64,000 nucleotides of DNA, taken from contig NC_083449.1 in assembly GCF_020745735.1 (NCBI RefSeq), positions 6,484,923-6,548,922 on the forward strand. The letters run 5' to 3'. Position numbers and translations under genes: made by a program. This stretch comes from Hemiscyllium ocellatum. Its lineage: Eukaryota. Below are positions 54,357-64,000 of the stretch, piece by piece. How positions within the stretch are numbered: the stretch's first letter is position 1; each line of letters starts with the position of its first letter. The notes under the pieces were generated by a model, which made no database searches, had not been told where the DNA came from, and worked only from the letters and a program-made list of their open reading frames with translations.

Positions 54357-54438
54357 GACAGTACGCAAAGGACCAAGACAAAATAATATTCCCTCGGTAC
54401 AGAGCCAAGTGTGACCAGCTGCTTCGAACAAACAGCAG
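54357..54438 (+). other. Exon-like cassette D (82 nt)
   Basis: CTGTCTTCCTCCAG acceptor and CAG|GTATGT donor; downstream flank resumes at 57960 after a LINE. Confidence 0.6.
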
Positions 54439-54471
54439 GTATGTTACTGCTGTAGGATGTTTTTCGCTCCG

Positions 54472-57400
54472 TACAATAGACAATAGACAATAGGTGCAGG
54501 AGTGGGCCATTCTGTCCTTTGAATCAGCACCTCCATTCATTATGATCATGGCTGATCATCCTCAATCAGTATCCTGTTCCTGCCTTATCCCCATAACCCT
54601 TGATTCCACTATCCTTAAGAGCCCAAACCAACTCTTTCTTGAAAGTATCCAGAGACTTGGCCTCCACAGACTTCTGGGGCAGAGCATTTCATACACCCAC
54701 CACTCTATGGGTGAAGAAATTTATCCTCAACTCTGTTCTAAGTGGCCTACCCCTTATTTTTAAACTGTGTCCTCTGGTTCGGGACTCGTGCATCAGCAGA
54801 AACATGCTTCCTGCCTCCAGAGTGTCCAATTCTTTAATAATCTTATACGTCTCAATCAGATCCCCTCTCAGCCTTCTAAATTCAAGTGTATACAAGCCCA
54901 GTTGCTCCAATCTTTCAGCATAAGATAGTCCCGCCATTGCGGGAATTGACCTTGTGAACCTATGCTGCATTCCCTCAATCGCCAGAATGTCTTTCCTCAA
55001 ATTTGGAGACCAAAGCTGCGCACAATATTCCAGGTGCGATCTCACCAGGGCCCTGTACAGTTGCAGAAGGACCTCTTTGCTTCTATACTCAATCTCTCTT
55101 GTTATGAAGGCAGCATGCTATTAGCTTTCTTCACTGCCTGCTGTACCTGCATGCTTGCTTTCATTGACTGATCTACAAGAACATCTACATCTCGTTGTAC
55201 TGCCCCTTTGACTAACTTGACTCCATTTAGGTAGTAATCTGCCTTCCTGTTCTTGCCACCAAAGTGGATAACCACACATTTATCCACATTAAACTGCATC
55301 TGCCATGCATCCGTCCACTCACCTAGCCAGTCCAGGGCACCCTGTATTCTCCTAACATCCTCTTCACCTTTCACCCTGCCACTCAGCTTTGTGTCATCAG
55401 CAAATTTGCTAATATTACTTTTAATACCTTCATCTATATCATTAATGTACATTGTAAAAAGTTGTGGTCCCAGCACTGATCCCTGCAGCACACCACTGGT
55501 TACCGCTTACCATTCCAAAAGGGAGCCATTATCACTACTCTTGGTTTCCTGTCAGCCAACCAATTTTCAATCCATGTCAGTATTTTGCCCGTAATACCAT
55601 GTGCCCTAAGTTTGCTCACTAACCACTAACTTCATCAAAGGCTTTCTGAAAGTCCAGGTTTACTACATCCACTGGATCTCCCTTGTCCATCTTCAGAGTT
55701 ACGTCCTCAAGCAAGATCAAAGTTTGTGAGAAGATTTGTGCTTGTTGTTGTGGTTCTGTTCGCCAAGCTGGAAATTTGTGTTGCAGACGTTTTGTCCCCT
55801 GTTTAGGTGACATCCTCAGTGTTTGGCACTTCTGTGTTGTTTCCTCTGGCATTTATAGTGGTCAAGCAAGATTTTCCCTTCATAAATCCATGCTGACTCT
55901 GACCTATTCTGTTACTGCTAGCCAGATGTGTTGTAATTTCAACCTTTATAATTTTTCCCACCACTGAGATCAGACTAACTGGTCTATAATTCTCTGTTTT
56001 CTCTCCCCCTCCTTTATTGAAAGTTAGGACAACATTAGCCACCCTCCAATCCGCAGGAACTGATCCTGAATCAATAGAACATTGGAAAATAATCACCAAT
56101 GCCTCCACGATTTCCAGAGCCACCTCCTTCAGTATTCTGGGATGCAAACCATCAGGTCCCGGGACTTATCAGCCTTCACTCCTAACAGTCTCTCAAACAC
56201 CATTTCCTGCCTAATATAAATTCCCTTCAGTTCAGGTCCTTCAGCCACTATTCCATCTGGGAGATTGCTCATGTCTTCCCCAGTGAAGACAGATCTGAAG
56301 TACCAGTTCAACTCTTCTGCCATTTCTTTTTTCCTGAAATAAATTCACCCGTTTCTGTGTTCATGGGCCCAATTTTAGTCTTAACCATTTGTTTTCTTTT
56401 CACTCAACTAAAAAAGCCTTTACTATCCTCCTTTATATTTTTGGCCAGTTTACCTTCATACCTTATTTTTTTCTTTGCGTATTATCTTTTTAGTTATCCT
56501 CTGTTGTTCTTGAAAAGCTTCCCAATCCTCTGATTTCCCACTCATCTTTGCTGTGTTATACTTTTTTCCCTTTTGTCTTTATATGGTCCTTAACTTCCCT
56601 CATCAGCCATGGCCAGCCCTGCCTCCACTTAGGATCTTTCTTCTTTTTTGGAATGAACTGATCCTGCATCTTCTGCATTATACCCAGAAATACCTGCCAT
56701 TATTATTCCACTGCCATCCATGCAAGGGTATTGCACCATTGAACTGTGACCAGCTCCTCCCTCATAGCTCTATAGTTCCCCTTATTCAACTGAAATATTG
56801 TCACTTCCGATTCTACCCTCTCCCTTTCAAATTGCAGAGTAAAGCTTATTGTATTGTGGTCACTACCTCCTAATAGCTCCTTTAATTCGAGGTCCCTGAT
56901 CAAATCCGGTTTGTTGCACACCAGATCCCAAATTGCTTTCTCCCTGCTAGGCCCCAGCACAAGTTATTCTAAGAATCCGTCTCAGAGGCACTCCACAAAC
57001 CCCCTTTCTTGGGGTCCAGTACCATCCTGACTCTCCCAGTCTACCTGCATGTTGAAATCCCCCATAAAACTGTAGCAATATCTTTGCGACAAACTAATTT
57101 CAGCTCCTTATTAAACTTACACTCCATATCCAGGCTACTGTTTAGGGGCCTGTAGATAACTCTCATTAGGCTCTTTCTACCCTTAGAATTTCTCAGCTCT
57201 ATCCATACTGACTCGACATCCCCTGATTCTTGCCCCCCTAACCCCCCCCCCGCAACACAAGGGACTGAATATCATTCCTTACCAACAGGGCCACCCCACC
57301 CCCTCTGCCAGTCAGTCTCTCCTTACAATAGCATGTATAGTCTTGAATATTCATTTCCCAGGCCATGTCCACTTGAAGTCACGTCTCAGTTATCCCCACA

Positions 57401-57958
57401 TCGTAACTGCCAATTTCCAAATGAGCCTCAAGCTCATTCACCGTATTTCTAATGCTTCGTACATTCATATATAATACTTTTAATTTGTTACGCCCCTCAC
57501 CCTTCCCTATTTCACTTGACCTTACGGCATGATTCTTTTTTGAGTTTTCTGCTCCATTGATTCCGTTGTCTTTCTTGACTTCTCTTGTTCTAACTTTCCC
57601 TTTAACTTCCTTCTTAAAATTCCAGTTTGTCCCCTCCCCCCTGCTATTTAGTTTAAATGAAGCTGTGTTGCAGTGGCAAACCTACCTGCCAGAATGCTGG
57701 TCCCCCACCTATTAAGGTGAAACCTGTCCCTCTTGTATAATTTATCCTTCCTGCTAAACTTACCCCAGTGATCCAAGAATTTAAATCCTTGCTTCCTGCA
57801 CCAGTTCCCCAGCCACACATTCAAGTCCATTACCTCCCTGTTCCTGTCCTCTCCAGCCCAAGGAACTGGAAGCAAACCAGAGATAACGGCCCTGGATGTC
57901 CTGCTTTTCAGCCTTCTTCCGAGTTCTCCGAAGTCCCACTGTAGAATGTCTCTCCTCT
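54472..57958 (-). mobile_element. Long CR1 LINE (ORF1 esterase, APE endonuclease, RT), degenerate, with Penelope mini-insert ~55718-55861
   Basis: WCRKQGFKFLDHW..RDRFHLN (esterase-like ORF1), LGGSDHN (APE), ENYRPVSL, KFADDTKL; (ACAATAG)n tail. Confidence 0.9.
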
Positions 57959-58173
57959 TCTTTCCACAGTCACAGAGTGGATTGAGTCAGGTTCATATTG
58001 AGCTCCATTTCCAGAGAGATATGTTCAAACAAAGAGTCAAACACCACCAAGGAATTAGAAGTTTGTATTTTTTAATCTATATTCTCAATGCATGCTACTC
58101 AGTTGCAATCAATTTGAATGAATCCTCATCCGAAACATACATTGCATTAAATCTGAACATAGAATGATACAGC

Positions 58174-60307
58174 TGAAAATGTGTTGCTGGTCAAAGCACA
58201 GCAGGCCAGGCAGCATCTCAGGAATAGAGAATTCGACATTTCGAGCATAAGCCCTTCATCAGGAATGAGAGAGAGTAGCCAAGCAGGCTAAGATAAAAGG
58301 TAGGGAGGAGGGACTTGGGGGAGGGGCGATGGAGGTGGGATAGGTGGAAGGAGGTCAAGGTGAGGGTGATAGGCCGGAGTGGGGTGGGGGCGGAGAGGTC
58401 AGGAAGAAGATTGCAGGTTAGGAGGGCGGTGCTGAGTTGAGGGAACCGACTGAGATAAGGTGGGGGGAGGGGAAATGAGGAAACTGGAGAAATCTGAATT
58501 CATACCTTGTGGTCGGAGGGTTCCCAAGCGGAAGATGAGGCGCTCCTCCTCCAGCCGTCGTGTTGTTATGTTCTGCCGGTGGAGGAGTCCAAGGACCTGC
58601 ATGTCCTCGGTGGAGTGGGAGGGAGAGTTAAAGTGTTGAGCCACGGGGTGGTTGGGTTGGTTGGTCCGGGCGTCCCTGAGGTGTTCTCTGAAGCGTTCCG
58701 CAAGTAAGCGGCCTGTCTCACCAATATAGAGGAGGCCACATCGGGTGCAGCGGATGCAATAGATGATGTGTGTGGGGTGAACTTGTGGCGGATATGGAAG
58801 GATCCCTTGGGGCCTTGGAGGGAAGTGAGTGTGGAGGTGTGGGCGCAAGTTTTACATTTCCTGCGGTTGCAGGGGAAGGTGCCGGGGTGGAGGTTGGGTT
58901 GGTGGGGGGTGTGGATCTGACGAGGGAGTCACGAAGGGAGTGGTCCTTGCGGAACGCTGATAGGGGAGGGGAGGGAAATATATCCTTGGTGGCGGGGTCC
59001 GTTTGGAGGTGGCGGAAATGACGGCGGATGATACGTTGTATGCGGAGGTTGGTGGGGTGGTAGGTGAGAACCAGTGGGGTTCTGTCTTGGTGGCGGTTGG
59101 AGGAGCGGGGCTCAAGGGCGGAGGAGCGGGAAGTGGAGGAGATACGCCATCCCATATTCCCAATTCCTTCGTCTCCGCCGCATCTGCTCCCAGGAGGACC
59201 AGTTCCAACACCGCACAGCCCAGATGGCCTCCTTCTTCAAGGACCGCAGATTCCCCCCAGACGTGATCGACGATGCCCTCCACCGCATCTCCTCCACTTC
59301 CCGCTCCTCCGCCCTTGAGCCCCGCCCCTCCAACCGCCACCAAGACAGAACCCCACTGGTTCTCACCTACCACCCCACCAACCTCCGCATACAACGTATC
59401 ATCCGCCGTCATTTCCGCCACCTCCAAACGGACCCCACCACCAAGGATATATTTCCCTCCCCTCCCCTATCAGCGTTCCGCAAGGACCACTCCCTTCGTG
59501 ACTCCCTCGTCAGATCCACACCCCCCACCAACCCAACCTCCACCCCCGGCACCTTCCCCTGCAACCGCAGGAAATGTAAAACTTGTGCCCACACCTCCAC
59601 ACTCACTTCCCTCCAAGGCCCCAAGGGATCCTTCCATATCCGCCACAAGTTCACCTGTACCTCCACACACATCATCTATTGCATCCGCTGCACCCGATGT
59701 GGCCTCCTCTATATTGGTGAGACAGGCCGCTTACTTGCGGAACGCTTCAGAGAACACCTCAGGGACGCCCGGACCAACCAACCCAACCACCCCGTGGCTC
59801 AACACTTTAACTCTCCCTCCCACTCCACTGAGGACATGCAGGTCCTTGGACTCCTCCACCGGCAGAACATAACAACACGACGGCTGGAGGAGGAGCGCCT
59901 CATCTTCCGCCTGGGAACCCTCCAACCACAAGGTATGAATTCAGATTTCTCCAGTTTCCTCATTTCCCCTCCCCCACCTTGTCTCAGTCGGTTCCCTCAA
60001 CTCAGCACCGCCCTCCTAACCTGCAATCTTCTTCCTGACCTCTCCGCCCCCACCCCACTCCGGCCTATCACCCTCACTTTGACCTCCTTCCACCTATCCC
60101 ACCTCCATCGCCCCTCCCCCAAGTCCCTCCTCCCTACCTTTTACCTTAGCCTGCTTGGCTACTCTCTCTCATTCCTGATGAAGGGCTTATGCTCGAAACG
60201 TCGAATTCTCTTCTCTATTCCTGAGATGCTGCCTGGCCTGCTGTGCTTTGACCAGCAACACATTTTCAGCTGTGATCTCCAGCATCTGCAGACCTCATTT
60301 TTTACTT
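58174..60307. mobile_element. Young Penelope-like insertion with ~1-kb inverted arms
   Basis: 58170-59143 is the reverse complement of ~59287-60272; open GIY-YIG frame in the right arm; 15-bp TSD ATAGAATGATACAGC at 58159 and 60308. Confidence 0.93.
60171..60206 (+). ncRNA. Minimal type I hammerhead ribozyme motif (Penelope-associated)
   Basis: ATTC-CTGATGA-a-GGGC-TTAT-GCTC-GAAAC-GTC-GAAT: stem I ATTC/GAAT, intact core, palindromic ACGT stem III, GUC triplet; inverted copy at 58231-58266. Confidence 0.75.
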
Positions 60308-61390
60308 ATAGAATGATACAGCACAAGAATTGGTCCTTCAGCCCACGATGTTGTGTCCAACATGGCGCCAAATGAAATTTAATCCCTTCTGCCTGCCCAT
60401 GATCCATATCACTCCATTTTAAAGTCCCTTCAATATCTTATCTACCTCCATCACCACCCCTGGCAGTGCGTTCCACTCCTATCACTCTCTACTTTAAATA
60501 AAAACTGCACCTTAGGTCTCCTTTGAACTTTCCCCCCTTACCTTATATGCATGCCTTTTCGTTTTAGACATTTTAACTCTTGGAAAAAGATTCTGACCAT
60601 CAGCTTTAACCATGCATATTATAATTTTATAGACTTCTGGATATAGGTTTGCTCGCTGAGCTAGTAGGTTTGTTTTCAGACATTTTGTCGCCATACTAGG
60701 TAACATCATCAGTGAGCCTCAGGATAAAGCACTGGTGGTACGTGTGTGTTTCAGTTTCCTTGGGTTGGTGATGTCATTTTCTGTGGTGATGTCATTTAGT
60801 GTTCATTTTCTCTGGGATGGTAAATGGAATTCAAGTAAATGTGTTTGTTTTTAGATTTCCGTTTGGAATACCATGCTTCTCGGCATTCTTGTGCATGTCT
60901 CTGTTTGGCCTTTCCTAGGATAGATGTGTTGTCCCAGTCGAAGTGATGTCCTTCCTCATCTGTATGTAAGGATACTAGTGAGAGTGGGTCATGACTTTTT
61001 GTGGCTAGTTGATGTTCATGTATCTCAGTGGCTAGTTTTCTGCCTGTTTGTCAAATGTAGTGGACTCATAAATAGAAAATGGGCCATACCACCAGTGCTT
61101 CATCCGGAGGCTCACTGATGATGGTACCTAGTATGGTGGCAAAACATCTGAAAAAGAACCTTCCAGCTCAGCGAGCAAAGCTAGATCTAGAATCTCAACC
61201 TGACCTACAACTCTTCTCAAAATTTTATAGATTTCTATTAAGTCTGCCCTCAGTCTCTGGTGCTCTGAAGAAAACTATTTGGGTTTTTCTAGCTTCTCTT
61301 TATAGCTTATATCTGTGAGACAACATTTTGGCAAACCTCTTCTGCACTCTAAATCCTCCACATCCTTCCTGTAATGTGGCAACCACAATT
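60308..61390 (-). mobile_element. CR1 3' fragment interrupted by a Penelope-derived inverted element (60639-61220)
   Basis: TSD AATTTTATAGA(C/T)TTCT at 60623 and 61221; CTGATGA motifs on both arms (~60707 -, 61116 +). Confidence 0.75.
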
Positions 61391-61392
61391 GA

Positions 61393-62090
61393 AAAATCAC
61401 ACAACACCAGATTATAGTCTAGCAGGTTCATTTGGAAGTACTAGCTTTCAGAGCGCTGTTCCTTCATCAGGTAGCTGGGAAACAGGATCATGAGACAATG
61501 AATCTATAGCAAAAGATTATAGTGTCATGCAAATGAAATGATATTTTGAAGAAACCTAGATTGCTGTTCAGTGTTTCATCTTTTAGAATGGGTTGCAGGT
61601 TTCAGTTCATTAGTATATACATATCAAGTCCCATTCCAAACATGACTTCAGATGAAAAGGGTGACATGTCAACTCGGACAATGTATTAAAGGTGTGAAGT
61701 TAGAGTCTGTCTGTATCTCAATCTTAAGTCAGACTGGTTCTATTGCCAAAGTAGGAATATATAAAATATTACATGGATTGACTGCCTGCAGATTGTGCTC
61801 TTTTTGAGCAAAATAGAATGTATCTGCAAATATAATTCTGCAAATGCAAATTCACCCCAGAGACTTGCATGTGTGAGAGAGAGAAAGAGAGCGAGAGCAG
61901 TGTTTATGCTTGGTAAAGAGTGTGTATGAGTATGATAGAGTATAAGCCTGTGAGAGGGTGTGTGCATGGATGTGAGTGTGGGGGGGAATGCATGTATGTG
62001 TGAATGAGGGAAAGCGTGTGGATGTGAATGTGTAGTGTGACAGGAACCCAAGGTCCCAATTGAGGTTGTCCTCATAGGTTCTGAACTTTA
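61393..62090 (-). mobile_element. Penelope-like 3' region (family of 43990-46815)
   Basis: Reverse CTACCTGATGAAGGAACAGCGCTCTGAAAGCTAG; similar to 46190-46810. Confidence 0.75.
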
Positions 62091-62249
62091 GTCAGGATAC
62101 TTTCGAGGTCAACAAATAGACGATGCTGTTACTTTATAGTTATATGTGAGATAGATAGCTGAAATGTTTCCTTCAATATGCTCACTATCAGTAACTGAGA
62201 AGGACAGAATTAATCTTTTGTCACAATACACTAAGTATGGCCCAAGGAA

Positions 62250-62545
62250 AGTCAACCAATAAGGCAAGCGCGCCATACGCTGCATTCTAGATACCACCCT
62301 ATCTACTTGCATGGCCACTTTCAGGGAGCTATAGACTTGAACCCCAATGTTGTTCAGAGTCCAGCCATTAACTGTATACCCTTCCTTAACAATTGATCTC
62401 CCAAAGTCCAGCATCTTTCACCTTGCTGAATTAAACTCAATCTGTCATTTCCCCACCCATATCTGAAAGTGAGCAACATCCTGCTGTATCATTTGACATA
62501 CTTCTACACTCCCTACAAGTTCACCAATTTTTATACTGTCTGCAT
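62250..62545 (-). mobile_element. Old CR1 fragment
   Basis: SSLKVAMQVDRVV, QQDVAHFQIW. Confidence 0.65.
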
Positions 62546-62786
62546 TTAGTAATGATAATTTTAATGTTACAATCAAGGTGAACAAATAGCTGATGCAATT
62601 ACTTTGAGCAACCATATGTAAAATACATATTGAGTCCAAATTGAATTGAAGGATACATTTCACCTATCAGTAACTGTGAAGTAAAATTAATCTTTTGTCA
62701 TATACATAGACACAGCAATCAAATAATATGAATTCCAAATGCACAATCTGTGTCAAAGAATGATTAATAGAATGATTAATGTGTAG

Positions 62787-62787
<1 letters not shown>

Positions 62788-62850
<63 letters not shown>
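62788..62850. repeat. (CA)n microsatellite
   Basis: About 31 CA units; others at ~46258-46290 (CA) and ~63954-63980 (CT). Confidence 0.95.
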
Positions 62851-62854
<4 letters not shown>

Positions 62855-63945
62855 CATAGAAAAATACAGCGCAGTACAGGCCCTTCGGCCCTCGATGTTG
62901 CGCCGACCAAAGTCTACCTAACCTACACTAGCCCAATAACCTCCATATGCTTATCCAATGCCCGCTTAAATGACCATAAAGAGGGAGAGTTCACCACTGC
63001 TACTGGCAGGGCATTCCATGAACTCTCAACCCGCTGAGTAAAGAATCTACCCCTAACATCTGTCCTATACCTACCACCCCTTAATTTAAAGCTGTGTCCC
63101 CTAGTAACAGTTGACTCCATTAACAGAAAAAGGTTCTCAGTGTCTACCCTATCTAAACCCCTAATCATCTTGTACACCTCTATCAAATCTCCCCTCAACC
63201 TTCTTTTCTCCAATGAGAACAGCCCCAAGTGCCTCAGCCTTTCCTCATACGATCTTCCTACCATGCCAGGCAACATCCTGGTAAACCTCCTCTGCACTCG
63301 TTCCAATGCCTCCACATCCTTCCTATAGTATGGCGACCAAAACTGCACACAATACTCCAGATGAGGCCGCACCAGAGTCTTATACAACTGCAACAGGACC
63401 TCAGGACTCTGGAACTCAATTCCTCTACCAATAAAGCCCAGTACACCATATGCCTTCTTCACAGCACTATTTACCTGGGTGGCAACTTTCAGAGATCTGT
63501 GTACATGGACACCAAGATCCCTCTGCTCATCCACACTACCAAGTGGCCTACCATTAGCCCAGTAATCCATCTTCTTGTTACTCCTACCAAAGTGAATGAC
63601 TTCACACTTACCTACATTGAACTCCATTTGCCACCTTTCTGCCCAGCTCTGCAACTTATCTATATCCCGCTGTAACCTGCTACATCCTTCTTCGCTGTCC
63701 ACAACTCCACCGACTTTCGTGTCATCCGCAAACTTGCTCACCCAGCTTTCAAGCCCCTCCTCTAGATCATTTATAAAGATGACAAACAGCAATGGTCCCA
63801 AAACAGATCATTGTGGAACACCGCTAGTAACTGCACTCCAAGATGAACCTAGTCCATCAACTACTACCCTCTGTCTCCTCCCAGCCAGCCAATTCCTAAT
63901 CCAAACCTCTAATGCACCCTCAATGCCATACCTCCATAGTTTTTG
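62851..63945 (-). mobile_element. Young, 5'-truncated CR1 LINE
   Basis: Uninterrupted 292-aa ORF 62923-63801 with KFADDTKVGG, WQMEFN, RPHLEYCVQFWSP. Confidence 0.93.
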
Positions 63946-63948
63946 CAC

Positions 63949-63984
<36 letters not shown>

Positions 63985-64000
63985 GCTCTCTGATTTATGA

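Noticed and set aside
62923-63801. 292-aa ORF as a host gene
   Set aside because: It is the RT C-terminus of a 5'-truncated CR1 LINE.

Overview
Eukaryotic, repeat-rich DNA, most likely from a cartilaginous fish (inferred from HE1-type V-SINEs with AGATT tails, CR1/HER1-type LINEs and shark-type H2B tails). It is part of a replication-dependent histone cluster: H2B (14064-14441, +), H2B (39962-40342, +), H2A (41353-41742, +) and H4 (43437-43748, -), each intronless with a 3' stem-loop. No H3 or H1 is present. The window holds two diverged copies of a ~26-kb unit: degenerate ~49-bp repeat array, then H2B, an H2A promoter, a ~370-bp CpG/NRF1 element with a splice donor, and two paralogous 76-82-nt exon-like cassettes. 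In the first copy H2A survives only as a broken promoter followed by a Penelope element. The most interesting unexplained structure is a probable spliced transcription unit (CpG element plus four exon cassettes with intact splice sites) interleaved with the histone genes and the 49-bp arrays. The rest is CR1 fragments, at least four Penelope-like families carrying about 18 minimal hammerhead-ribozyme motifs (including a young ~1-kb-arm palindromic insertion with a 15-bp TSD), solo LTRs, a truncated Gypsy-type element, SINEs and two assembly gaps. Repeat boundaries are approximate and no database search was possible.
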